From Eubacteriales bacterium (lineage in GTDB: Bacteria; Bacillota; Clostridia; Oscillospirales; CAG-272): a stretch of DNA of 55,814 nt. Shown one piece after another: positions 32,695 through 42,554 of the stretch. The number at the start of each line of letters is the position of its first letter. Position 1 is the stretch's first letter. The stretch lies in NCBI GenBank assembly GCA_045656885.1, contig JAZORZ010000063.1, positions 1-55,814 on the forward strand, written 5' to 3'. Under the pieces are notes generated by a model. The model did no database searches. It was not told where the DNA came from and saw only the letters and a list, made by a program, of their open reading frames with translations. The position numbers and the translations under genes are program-made.

Positions 32695-33486
32695 TTATTT
32701 TTCGGCTTTTTCAACCGTTTCGGTCTGCTCGACCTTTCCTGTGGTTTTTGTAAGGTTTGATGCCTGTTGAGGGGTCGCATCTCCGACCTTTTGCGACTTT
32801 GAAAACCAATCAAGAAAGGAACCAACCAAAAATCCCATAAAGATGACCGCCAAAACACCCACGAGGTAGGCAATAAAGGTTGCCTCAAAGGTGCCGAAAA
32901 TATCAAGGAAGTAGATGGAATAGTCACCGTACATATCCATTTGAAAGTTGTTCAAATGGAAGCACCAGTTCAAAAATACGCCAAATCCAATGGCGGTATA
33001 AATAAATACGATGGCCTTGCCAAGGTTTTCCCAGCTCAACTTTACCTTGTTGGCCAAAATCAGATAAAAGCCGTAAAGAGACATTGTCAGGTGGCATACT
33101 GCCTCACTGATGTGCACAAAGGTTGCCGTGTGGTTGTGATCCAAAAAATAGGAAGCACCGGGGCTGATGTAGAGTGCTAAGAACATACCAAACCCCAAAA
33201 ACGCAATGGCACAGTAGGCAAGGTTTCTGATCTTTTCCTGCAAAAACGGAGTTGCGATAATAACGGTGCAAATAAAAGGACTGATGTTTTCCAGGGTCAT
33301 AAAGCCGTTCTTGAGCCAGCCGCGTTCGTATGCCGCGTAGTTCCAGCAAAAAAAGCAAACGGCACAAACGATCAAAAACAGGGGATTGATAATGGGGTTA
33401 TTCAGCTTTTCACGAAAGTAGCATAGCAGAAAGAGTCCTGCAAAGAATACCAGCGAGAGAGCACCGAGCATTTGCATCATATGCAT
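32695..33486 (-). CDS. Hypothetical integral membrane protein (YwaF-like)
   Basis: 7 TM segments. Co-oriented with and adjacent to the LRR gene. Confidence 0.7.
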   Translation of the reverse strand: MHMMQMLGALSLVFFAGLFLLCYFREKLNNPIINPLFLIVCAVCFFCWNYAAYERGWLKNGFMTLENISPFICTVIIATPFLQEKIRNLAYCAIAFLGFGMFLALYISPGASYFLDHNHTATFVHISEAVCHLTMSLYGFYLILANKVKLSWENLGKAIVFIYTAIGFGVFLNWCFHLNNFQMDMYGDYSIYFLDIFGTFEATFIAYLVGVLAVIFMGFLVGSFLDWFSKSQKVGDATPQQASNLTKTTGKVEQTETVEKAEK

Positions 33487-33489
33487 AAT

Positions 33490-34401
33490 TTATCCCCTCC
33501 TGCGCTCCTTATCCTTGTCTTGTTCCTTGTCATCATCCTTCTTGCCGTCCTCGTCCTCTTCGGCGTCCTCGTCCTCCGTCTTTTCTACAATTTCAACGGT
33601 GGCGTCGCCAAACCAACCGGCCGCCCAGCCCGCGGGCCATTCCTCTTGGGGCAGGGTGGTTTTGATTACAAGGTTTTCGCAATCGGCAAACGCGCCCGCT
33701 TCAATGGTTGTAAGACTTTCGGGCAGCAGCACCTCCGTTAAGGACGTGCAGCCCTTAAACGCTCCTGCCGAAATGGTCAAAAGGCCCTCGTTGAGCGTTA
33801 AGGTCTCCAGCGCGGTGCAGCCGCGGAAGGCGCCGTCTCCAAGGTAGATAACGGTTTCGGGAATTTCGATCTCGGTCAGCTTGGTGCAGTTTGCAAACGC
33901 ATTCGCGCCAATGGAATACAGACCGTCCAGCAAATAGACCCTTGTGATTTCGGTTTGATTTGCAAAAACGCCGTCACGAATACCGAGCACCTTTTTTTCA
34001 TCGTAGTAAGCACCCAAATAGACCGCGCCGCGCAAATGGGGAAAAGCGCCAACGATTTCGGTGAAGTTTTGGTTCTCGCTGTCGGCATAAATAATGCCGG
34101 CGGTGGTTTCGTATTCCCAAACCGCCTCAATTACAATGTCTCTTGTAATACGGCGGTAGGGAGCGCTCCATCCGCGCAAAAAGGCGCCCTCCTTAACAAC
34201 CGACGGGGGAATCGCATCCTGACCTTGCATAACACGTTGCTCCAAAGAGCCACCCAAAAGAGTGCCGCCGTCCAACTCAAAGCGTACGGTGTAGGTCTTT
34301 TTGCCATCTAAAAAGATAAGCATCAAGAGCACGGCAATGAGCAAAAACAAAACGCCAAAAACAATAATGATTTTGAGCTTGCCCGTGTGTTTGTTCTTCA
34401 T
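33490..34401 (-). CDS. BspA-type leucine-rich-repeat surface protein with an InlB B-repeat-like domain
   Basis: YTVRFELDGG...FLRGWS, repeats of IGANAFANCTKLTEIEIPETV, and an acidic tail. Confidence 0.85.
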   Translation of the reverse strand: MKNKHTGKLKIIIVFGVLFLLIAVLLMLIFLDGKKTYTVRFELDGGTLLGGSLEQRVMQGQDAIPPSVVKEGAFLRGWSAPYRRITRDIVIEAVWEYETTAGIIYADSENQNFTEIVGAFPHLRGAVYLGAYYDEKKVLGIRDGVFANQTEITRVYLLDGLYSIGANAFANCTKLTEIEIPETVIYLGDGAFRGCTALETLTLNEGLLTISAGAFKGCTSLTEVLLPESLTTIEAGAFADCENLVIKTTLPQEEWPAGWAAGWFGDATVEIVEKTEDEDAEEDEDGKKDDDKEQDKDKERRRG

Positions 34402-34624
34402 TATATATCATTCCTTTCAAGGTGTTTTTTTCATTGTAACATAAACAATTGAAGGATTTGTGAATATTCTGTTAAGGGGTGTCAAAAAGGTAGATTTATT
34501 GATAAAAATAAGGCAAAAAAATTTTGGAATTTTGTTGACAAATAGGAACACTTGTGCTAAAATTGGGGGGTGCGCCAAAAGATGGCGTTTTTTAATGCAT
34601 AATTTTGATTGGAAAGGGAACAGT

Positions 34625-35917
34625 ATGGAACTTTCAATTTTGATTGCCGCCGCCACCTGCTTGGCGATGATTGCGGCAGTGCTCTTTTTTCCAAAAGTGA
34701 AGATTGGTCGATTTTCCTTCGGCTCATATTGGGTGGTCACGGTTGTGGGTGCCATTCTTTTGCTCCTTGTGGGAGCGGTTGATATAGGAACCGTCGGTGC
34801 GGCCCTTTTGGCAGACACCGCCATCAACCCACTTAAAATCCTCGTTTTGTTTATCTCCATGACAGTGCTCTCCATCTTTTTGGATGAGCTTGGCTTTTTC
34901 CGCTATTTGGCGAGTGTTACCTTGCACAAGGCAGGGCATAGCCAAATGCGACTGTTCCTCATTTTGTATGTAACCGTATCGGTGCTGACTGTGTTTACAT
35001 CCAACGATATTATCATTTTATCCTTCACCCCCTTTATTTGCTACTTTGCAAAGAATGCGCACATCAGCCCCATTCCTTACCTTGCGGCAGAATTTGTAGC
35101 GGCAAACACGTGGAGCATGGAGCTCATCATCGGCAATCCCACCAACATCTATTTGGTAACGGCGGCAGGCGGCAACTTTGTCTCTTACGTTGCTATTATG
35201 ATGATCCCAACCCTCGTTTCGGGATTGGTTGCATTCGGCTGTCTGTATCTGCTCTTCCGCAAAAAGCTCTCCGAGCCCATTGATGCCACGCCCGAGGACG
35301 TCAAAATTGAGGATCACCTTTCGCTGACCGTCGGCCTTGTTCACCTTGGCGTGTGCACCGTTCTGCTTGCCATCGGCTCTTACATCGGGCTGGATATGTG
35401 GCTTGTGTCCTTGGTGTCGGCATTGAGTCTTTTGACCTTTACCGTTGTTCTCGCAATCGTTCGCAAGGAGAAGCCCACGCACACCAAGGCGTGCTTGAAA
35501 CGCGCACCGTGGGAGCTGATTCCCTTTATTCTTTCGATGTTTGTGGTGGTGGAGGCACTCCATACCAACGGCGTGACCGACTTTATTTACGGAATGTTGA
35601 GCGGTTCGGCATCTGTCTGGAGCTACGGCATTACCTCGTTCCTCTCGGCAAACCTGATTAATAACATTCCCATGAGCGTTTTGTACTCCGCCATTCTTTC
35701 GGGCGGAGCGACCGATGCGGCGGTGTATGCCACCGTTGTCGGCTCTAATTTGGGCGCGTGCTTGACTCCTATTGGCGCGCTTGCAGGCATTATGTGGAGC
35801 TCGATTCTTAAAGAGCATCACCTCAAATTCGGCTATGCGGATTTTCTCAAGATCGGCACGACCGTTGCGGTTCCTTCGCTCATCGCGGCACTTGGAACGC
35901 TGTCCTTGGTATTTTGA
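34625..35917 (+). CDS. ArsB/NhaD/SLC13-superfamily anion permease
   Basis: FTSNDIIILSFTP, IIGNPTNI, NLINNIPM, GSNLGACLTPIGALAGIMW. Confidence 0.85.
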   Translation: MELSILIAAATCLAMIAAVLFFPKVKIGRFSFGSYWVVTVVGAILLLLVGAVDIGTVGAALLADTAINPLKILVLFISMTVLSIFLDELGFFRYLASVTLHKAGHSQMRLFLILYVTVSVLTVFTSNDIIILSFTPFICYFAKNAHISPIPYLAAEFVAANTWSMELIIGNPTNIYLVTAAGGNFVSYVAIMMIPTLVSGLVAFGCLYLLFRKKLSEPIDATPEDVKIEDHLSLTVGLVHLGVCTVLLAIGSYIGLDMWLVSLVSALSLLTFTVVLAIVRKEKPTHTKACLKRAPWELIPFILSMFVVVEALHTNGVTDFIYGMLSGSASVWSYGITSFLSANLINNIPMSVLYSAILSGGATDAAVYATVVGSNLGACLTPIGALAGIMWSSILKEHHLKFGYADFLKIGTTVAVPSLIAALGTLSLVF

Positions 35918-36132
35918 CAGATCAGAAAAAGATACCCGTTGGCGCACCTGCGATAAAGCAGGCGCGCCAATTTATTGTTTTTATGCTTTGCTGCATATCG
36001 TGTTGGCAGGAGCGCGCACAAGTAAGGCGTGTTTTTATTTCAAGTAACAATACGTGGACAGGGTTTTTCAATTATGTTATAATAAAAGCACAGGAGGCCG
36101 CCTGCAATACAGATATGGAGGAATTTTTATTT

Positions 36133-36744
36133 ATGACTTTGGGAGAAAAAATCAAAAAATTACGTGTAGAAAACAATTGGACTCAAGAAAAATTTGCAGA
36201 AATGATGGGAGTTTCCGCGCAAGCGGTAAGCCGTTGGGAAACAGATTCATCAATGCCCGATATTTCGATGCTCGCCCCCATTGCCTACACCTTTAACGTG
36301 TCCTGCGATTATTTGCTTGGAGTGGATCTGAATAGCAAAGAAAAGGATATTTTCAGAATCAGAAAAGAGGCGTTTGAATCCATTGTTGGAGATAATCCCA
36401 ACAAATGGGTGAACGCTTATAACATGATAAAAGAAGGACTAAAGCAGTACCCTGATAGTTGGATGTTAAAAGATAGTCTTGTTGTTTTTTTAGCTGTTCT
36501 TGCTATGCCAAAGCATAATGAGGATTATCTTTCGGCGGGTAAGGAGTTAAATCAGCTTTGTGAGGATATTATCGCAGAATGTTCGATTCAAGAATACCGA
36601 TACAAGGCCATTTTCTATTTGTGCGGTGCCGCAACAGCAACAAACAACCGCGAAAGAGCTTTGGAATTGGCAAAGACTATGCCCAAGCACTATTACTGTC
36701 AAGAGGAGTTGCTCAAACGAATAGATATGGATTTTGAAAGTTAA
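36133..36744 (+). CDS. XRE-family HTH transcriptional regulator
   Basis: LGEKIKKLR...WTQEKFAEMMGVSAQAVSRWET...PDI followed by a helical C-terminus. AT-rich. Confidence 0.85.
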   Translation: MTLGEKIKKLRVENNWTQEKFAEMMGVSAQAVSRWETDSSMPDISMLAPIAYTFNVSCDYLLGVDLNSKEKDIFRIRKEAFESIVGDNPNKWVNAYNMIKEGLKQYPDSWMLKDSLVVFLAVLAMPKHNEDYLSAGKELNQLCEDIIAECSIQEYRYKAIFYLCGAATATNNRERALELAKTMPKHYYCQEELLKRIDMDFES

Positions 36745-36816
36745 TTTTGCTTTTGTGTCCACAAAAGCAGTGCTTGTCAGGAAAAGCAGACGAACTTTCG
36801 GGGCGCACAACCTAAA

Positions 36817-36941
36817 GGCTCCCTTGTGCAAAGGGAGCTGTCACCGAAGGTGACTGAGGGATTGTTTTTCGGTATAATTTTATTTTTAACAATCCCTCCG
36901 TCTCGCTCGCGCGAGCCACCTCCCTTTACACAAGGGAGGCT
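36817..36941. repeat. Foldback repeat family C, copy 2
   Basis: GGCTCCCTTGTGCAAAGGGAGCTGTCA...GAGGGATTGT-spacer-ACAATCCCTC...CTCCCTTTACACAAGGGAGGC. Confidence 0.8.
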
Positions 36942-37045
36942 CATTACCGCCCGACAGTGCACCTACAAAGGTGTAACACACTATACCTTGCAGAGCAAGG
37001 CGTGTGAAAAAGGACAGAGACGAAAAATCTCTGTCCTTTTGTAAT

Positions 37046-37093
37046 GTAGGGGCGTTCATTGAACGCCCGCGGGCGACCACTGGTCGCCCCTAC
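37046..37093. repeat. Abutting inverted pair of GTAG-type REP-like palindromes
   Basis: GTAG-GGGCGTTCATTGAACGCCCG / CGGGCGACCACTGGTCGCCC-CTAC. Confidence 0.8.
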
Positions 37094-37172
37094 AAATTTG
37101 TTTCTTATGGTAGGTAAAACCTGCTTTATGGAAGGCACCCACGTGGGTGCCTTTTTATGTTTGTATAATGGA

Positions 37173-38558
37173 TCAACCAATGTTGGGCAAGCTTGCTGCT
37201 GCGATGGACTGACCAACGCGGCGGCTGCTTTCGTCGGGCAGGTGGATGGTGATCTTTTCTGCCAGCTCGGGGAACTCGACCTCGAGTACCTTTTGCGCGT
37301 TTTGGAACAGGATGTTTCCGCCCTCACCGGAGGATACGCGGCCCATCAAAAGGACGTGCTTGATATCATAGAACAGAGCGTAGTAAGCAACGGCATAGCC
37401 GAAGTAAACACCGATGGTCTCATAAATCTTCTTGGCTCTTTCGTCGCCCTCTGCCATCAGTTTTTGAACTGCTTTGAGCTTTTCTGCGGGAGATGCGTTC
37501 TCGTCGAGCTCGATGCCTGCTGCGGGAGCAAGCTTGATAACGGAGTCTTGAGAGAAGTACTTAACGCCACAGCCGTAGTCGCCCGACCACTCGTCAACCA
37601 TTGCATTCTTGTTGTAGTCTGCGGGAACGAATGCGAGCTCGTTGAGCCAACCGGTAATGTTGCCGTTGCCGTCAACGTAGCCGCCTGCCTCGCTGGTACC
37701 CATAGCAACGCCGAGAACGTTGTTGTCGCCAAGGTCCATAGCGCCTGCAAGGGCGGTAACGTCACCGTCGTTTGCAACCTCAATCGGAACGTTGCCAAGC
37801 TCTTTTGCAATGTCGGTGTAAATGTTCTTAACAACCTTTTCAAATGCCTCGGGGTTTTCATTCTTTACCTTAAGGAAGAGGGAAGAGGTCATAATGCGGT
37901 TGCCGATAACAACACCTGCGGTAGAAACACCGATGGCGTCAACGCGAGGCATCTTGGATGCCGCGGTCTTCATCGCGTCCATAATGCCTGCATAGTGGTA
38001 GGAAGGATCGTTTTGGAGCTTGGGGAACCAAACAACCTCTTCGGAGTAGGTAGCTTCACCCTCAACAACAGAGGAGACCTTGCGGTCGGATCCGCCTGCG
38101 TCAAAGCCGATGCGGCAACCGTCGAGGTGACGGCCTACGGGAGCGGCAGACTCTTTGTTAACGGGAGCTTGTTCAAAAGGAACGTGAATCACCTCAAACG
38201 GAGCTTCGTAAACACCGGACATAAAGTCACGGTCAAAATCGCGGTAGCCGCCTACAGAGTAATCTGCCTTGATCTTGTCGGCAATAACCTTGGAGCCGGC
38301 AATGATGATCTTATAACCGCCGCGGGTCCAGAGCAGCGTTTTTACAAGACGCTCAACAAACTCGTGGTTCTCTTCGTCGTGACCGGTGCCGTCCTTGAAG
38401 ACCTCAACGGTGTAAACAGAGGTCAGACCGTCATTTCTTTCAAGACCGATGGTCAGCTTTTGACCGCCCTCTTTTGCAACTGCTTCTTCAAATTCGCGGT
38501 AAACGACAGCCATAGGCATAAAGCCGGGGTCGAGCGGAGCATTCATTTTAAGCTTCAT
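37173..38558 (-). CDS. ROK-family sugar kinase, long form
   Basis: IGFDAGGSDRK, VANDGDVTALAG, GTSEAGG, NELAF. Coupled to nagA. Confidence 0.85.
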   Translation of the reverse strand: MKLKMNAPLDPGFMPMAVVYREFEEAVAKEGGQKLTIGLERNDGLTSVYTVEVFKDGTGHDEENHEFVERLVKTLLWTRGGYKIIIAGSKVIADKIKADYSVGGYRDFDRDFMSGVYEAPFEVIHVPFEQAPVNKESAAPVGRHLDGCRIGFDAGGSDRKVSSVVEGEATYSEEVVWFPKLQNDPSYHYAGIMDAMKTAASKMPRVDAIGVSTAGVVIGNRIMTSSLFLKVKNENPEAFEKVVKNIYTDIAKELGNVPIEVANDGDVTALAGAMDLGDNNVLGVAMGTSEAGGYVDGNGNITGWLNELAFVPADYNKNAMVDEWSGDYGCGVKYFSQDSVIKLAPAAGIELDENASPAEKLKAVQKLMAEGDERAKKIYETIGVYFGYAVAYYALFYDIKHVLLMGRVSSGEGGNILFQNAQKVLEVEFPELAEKITIHLPDESSRRVGQSIAAASLPNIG

Positions 38559-39699
38559 AAATGGTTCTTCCTTTCTTTATGGTTCTTACGATGTTGATAT
38601 CGTTATCTGCAATAATGATGTCGGCATCCTTGCCTGCCTCGAGCGAGCCGATGCGATCGGCAACGTGAATGGAGGTTGCGGGGTTGAGAGATGCCATTTT
38701 AAATACTTCGTTTACGGGGAGCGTGGTGTTTGCAAGCACGTTTCTCACTGCGTGGTTGAGCTTGAGCACGCTGCCTGCAATGGTACCGTCGGCAAGGCGG
38801 CACTCAATGCCCTTGAGGAAAATGGGTTGTCCACCCAGGTCGTACTCACCGTCGGGCATACCGCCGGCACGGGTACAGTCGGTGATGAGCACCATCTTGT
38901 CGCCCTTTACCTTGGCGATGATGGAGTACAGACCGGGATTGATGTGGAAGGTATCTGCAATGACCTCAACAGATACGTTTTCGGATGCGAGAGCCGCGCC
39001 GACAACACCGGGGTTGCGGTGAGCGAGGGCAGACATTGCGTTAAAGAGGTGAGTTGCGTGGTTTACACCGTCGCGAGCCGCGCTCATTGCCTCTTCAAAC
39101 TTTGCATCGGTGTGACCCATCGAAACCAGAACCTTGGATTTTGCCGCCAAGCACTTAATGCACTTGTGACCGGGGTCCATTTCGGGAGCGAGGGTTACGG
39201 ATGTAATGATGTCTGCGTTTTCGAGAATGAAATCAGCGTCGGGAGTGAGAATGTTCTCCTCGGCTTGTGCGCCCTTTTTGCTCGGGTTGATGAACGGACC
39301 TTCGGCGTGAACACCGATGATCTCGGCGCCATCCCAGGTTTTGCTTTCTTCCTTAACGGAGCGAACAGCGTTGAGGGCGTCAACAATTTCATTCTTTGCC
39401 ACGGTCATAGTGGTGGGCAGGAAGGAAGTAACACCGTTTTGTGCTATGCCGTAAGCCATCTTTTTAATGCCTTCGGGCTTTGCGTCGCAGGTATCCTCGC
39501 CGAGGTATCCGTGAATGTGGATATCTACAAGGCCGGGTGCTACGTAGTTGCCACCGGCGTCAATGGTCTTGGCTCCTGCGGGAACGGTATCAACAACGCC
39601 TTCAATTTTGCCGGTTTCCTCGGAGAAGGCGAGTGCTTTTCCTTCGATCACGGCCTCGGGCAGAACGATTTTACCGCCAATAATATATGTCAATGCCAT
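38548..39699 (-). CDS. nagA: N-acetylglucosamine-6-phosphate deacetylase
   Basis: PGLVDIHIHG, HAEGPFIN, MGHTDA, THLFNAM, ITDC, IAGSVL. Confidence 0.95.
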   Translation of the reverse strand: MALTYIIGGKIVLPEAVIEGKALAFSEETGKIEGVVDTVPAGAKTIDAGGNYVAPGLVDIHIHGYLGEDTCDAKPEGIKKMAYGIAQNGVTSFLPTTMTVAKNEIVDALNAVRSVKEESKTWDGAEIIGVHAEGPFINPSKKGAQAEENILTPDADFILENADIITSVTLAPEMDPGHKCIKCLAAKSKVLVSMGHTDAKFEEAMSAARDGVNHATHLFNAMSALAHRNPGVVGAALASENVSVEVIADTFHINPGLYSIIAKVKGDKMVLITDCTRAGGMPDGEYDLGGQPIFLKGIECRLADGTIAGSVLKLNHAVRNVLANTTLPVNEVFKMASLNPATSIHVADRIGSLEAGKDADIIIADNDINIVRTIKKGRTIYEA

Positions 39700-39954
39700 A
39701 ATAGGGGTCCTCCTTGGTATTTTTTCACTATAAGTATAACAAAAGTTTTTGAATAAAGCAAGACTTTTTGCGATATTTTTTTATTTTATAAAAAAACATG
39801 TCGAATTTACAAAAAACATCTTTTTGAGTGCCAAAATTCTACATCATTCTGCACAAAAGTGATTTTTTTGTGAAAAAAAGGTTGCATTTGGTAGGGAACT
39901 GTGATAAAATAATCCCATATTCCAAAAAAGTGGGATATAGAAGGAGGAATAAAA

Positions 39955-41436
39955 ATGAAAAACGGTTTTCTCAAAGCGCTCGGTTTTGATCCTGTGAAGA
40001 AGCAAACAAGCATCAAGACCGAAATCGTCGCAGGTATTGTTACGTTCCTTGCAATGGCGTACATCCTGACGGTTAACCCCGCACAGATCCTTGTGAGCCC
40101 TGATATGGGCGCATACTGGCCCTCTGTATTCATCGCAACCGCTCTTGGCGCAATCATTGGTACCCTCTTGATGGCGTTCTTGGCAAAAATGCCTTTGGCG
40201 CAAGCTTCCGGCATGGGTCTGAACTCCCTGCTTGGCGGTCTCGTTGCGCTTTGGGCAGCCGACACCTACGGTGTAAGATTCACCCTCGGTCAGGCATTTA
40301 TGATGGTTCTTATCTCCGGTGTTCTGTTCCTTGCTCTTACTCTTATCAAAATCAATGGCAAGTCCTTCCGTGAGCTGATCTTCGACGGTATGCCCGTTGC
40401 AATTAGAAGCTCCATTTCCATTGGTATTGGCTTGTTCATTGCTTACATTGGTTTCCAAAATGCAGGCATTATTGTTGCTGACCCCTACGTTCAGGTTGGT
40501 CTTGTTAACTTCACCAGCTTTGAGGCATGCAAAACCGCAATCGTTGCATTCATCGGTTTGTTCCTCATTGCAATTCTCGATAAGCTCAACGTTAAGGGCT
40601 CCGTTATTCTCGGTATCCTTGGTGCAACCCTGATCGGTATTCCCTTTGGCGTTACCGATCTCGCAGTTCTCGCAGGCGACGGCGCAGTTTCTTGGAAGTT
40701 CTGGGAAAACTTCGCTAACTTCTTCGCAGGAGAGAACTCTGTGTTCCTTTCTTTCGTTGACGTATTCAAGAACGGTCTCGTTCCCGAGGGCGGCAGCATA
40801 TTCACCGTAATCATGGTTATCATCACCATGTGCATGATCGATATGTTCGATACCATGGGTACCATTGTTGGTTGCTGCGGCGGTAACAGAATTCTCTCCG
40901 ACGAGAACAACAAGCCCTACAACTACGATAAGATCATGATCTCCGATGCAATTGCAACCTGCACAGGCGCAATGCTCGGTACCTCCACCGTTACCACATT
41001 CGTTGAATCCGGTGCAGGCGTATCTGCAGGCGGCAGAACCGGTTTGACCTCGTTCACCACTGCTTCCATGTTCTTCTTGGCAATGTTTGCAATGCCCGCA
41101 TTTGCAGTTATCCCCGGTGCGGCAACCGCAGCAGCTCTGATTTACGTTGGCGTCCTGATGATGAAGAACAACATTAAGAGTGTTGACATGGACGACGCTA
41201 TCAGTGCAACCTCTGCATTCCTTACCATCGTTGTAATGCTTCTCTCTTACTCCATCACCAAGGGTATCGGTATCGGTATGGTAACCTACACCGTTATGTC
41301 TGCTATCGCATACCTCATCGGCCTTATTACCTACGCTATCAACAAGAAGGAAAAGCCCGTATGGAAGGTTTCTGTTGTTGCCCTTATCGTAACGGCTCTG
41401 TTCTGCGTATACTTCTTTGTTCCCGTAGCATTCTGA
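39955..41436 (+). CDS. NCS2/AzgA-family purine permease
   Basis: TEIVAGIVTFLAMAYILTVNP, DMFDTMGT, GTSTVTTFVESGAGVSAGGRTGLT. Confidence 0.92.
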   Translation: MKNGFLKALGFDPVKKQTSIKTEIVAGIVTFLAMAYILTVNPAQILVSPDMGAYWPSVFIATALGAIIGTLLMAFLAKMPLAQASGMGLNSLLGGLVALWAADTYGVRFTLGQAFMMVLISGVLFLALTLIKINGKSFRELIFDGMPVAIRSSISIGIGLFIAYIGFQNAGIIVADPYVQVGLVNFTSFEACKTAIVAFIGLFLIAILDKLNVKGSVILGILGATLIGIPFGVTDLAVLAGDGAVSWKFWENFANFFAGENSVFLSFVDVFKNGLVPEGGSIFTVIMVIITMCMIDMFDTMGTIVGCCGGNRILSDENNKPYNYDKIMISDAIATCTGAMLGTSTVTTFVESGAGVSAGGRTGLTSFTTASMFFLAMFAMPAFAVIPGAATAAALIYVGVLMMKNNIKSVDMDDAISATSAFLTIVVMLLSYSITKGIGIGMVTYTVMSAIAYLIGLITYAINKKEKPVWKVSVVALIVTALFCVYFFVPVAF

Positions 41437-41504
41437 TAAAAACGAATTATAAAAGCGGGGGCTGTCAACCGACGGTCCCCGCGGCTTTTTGACTTGGAGG
41501 AAAG

Positions 41505-42503
41505 ATGAAATCCAAAAGACAATTCAAAATCATTCTTTGCATCGTGGCAGTGGCAGTCGGCATCAGCGCAGGACTTGGATTGTTCCTTTGGCGACGCTCT
41601 CTTGAAAACGCCCCTGAAGAGCCACCGGAGGACGAGATATACGAACTGAATATGAATACCGATTTTCCCGCGCCGCAAAATCTTCCCGACGGAGAAGGGA
41701 AGCGGGTGCGCGTGATCCTGCTTTTGGGGCAGAGCAATGCCACAGGGTGCTCGCTGACGAGCTATCTCGAGCAAGGCGTGGGAGTCGAAAAGTATGCGGA
41801 ATATGAAAAAGGATATTCCTCTGTGCTCATCAATTACTGCCTTGACGATCACAAATACACCTCAAACGGTGAATTTGTGCCGGTTGACCTGACCTGCGCT
41901 GCCGGAGAGGGCTACTTTGGTCCTGAGGTTGGCATGGCGGAGGTTTTGTCGGCGGCGTATCCCGACGAGACGGTCGTGATCCTAAAATACACGATGTCGG
42001 GCTATTCCTTGCATTATCATTGGCTCTCACAAGGGGAGCGCGGCTCTATCTATCGGGCGTGCATGGCGTTTCTTCAAACCTATCTGCAGGCCTTGAAGAA
42101 TCAAAACTACGATGCGCACATCGGTGCTGTCTGTTGGATGCAAGGGGAGTCGGATACCACCGACTTTAAGGCAGCACACTATTACGAGAATCAAACCAAA
42201 TTCGCATCCTATCTGCGTGAGGATCTTGCCCCCTACGCCGAGGAGCGCGGCATCTATTTTATCGATGCGGGTATTTCCAACAGTCCTTACTGCGAGCCCG
42301 CTTACCCCGCCATCAATGAGGCAAAGGTGGCATTTTCAAAGGACTCGGCGCTGAATCTCTATTTCCCCACCATTGAGGCGGGCTTTACCGTTCACAAAGA
42401 GCCCGAGGGCTCTCCCGATTGGGGACATTACGATGCGATGAGTGAGCTGGCGCTTGGGCATTTGTTTGGCGAACAGGTGATACATTCCTATCAGTCGCGA
42501 TAG
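41505..42503 (+). CDS. Membrane-anchored sialate O-acetylesterase (SASA)/CE6-like esterase, paralog 1
   Basis: LLGQSNA, FGPEVG, WMQGESD, DWGH. Confidence 0.85.
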   Translation: MKSKRQFKIILCIVAVAVGISAGLGLFLWRRSLENAPEEPPEDEIYELNMNTDFPAPQNLPDGEGKRVRVILLLGQSNATGCSLTSYLEQGVGVEKYAEYEKGYSSVLINYCLDDHKYTSNGEFVPVDLTCAAGEGYFGPEVGMAEVLSAAYPDETVVILKYTMSGYSLHYHWLSQGERGSIYRACMAFLQTYLQALKNQNYDAHIGAVCWMQGESDTTDFKAAHYYENQTKFASYLREDLAPYAEERGIYFIDAGISNSPYCEPAYPAINEAKVAFSKDSALNLYFPTIEAGFTVHKEPEGSPDWGHYDAMSELALGHLFGEQVIHSYQSR

Positions 42504-42554
42504 GCAAGTGAACTGGGCAGCATTGCGACCGCAAATAAAAAAGGAGACAGACAG

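Noticed and set aside
39880-39954. Purine riboswitch upstream of the NCS2/AzgA permease
   Set aside because: The leader is short and lacks the aptamer core.
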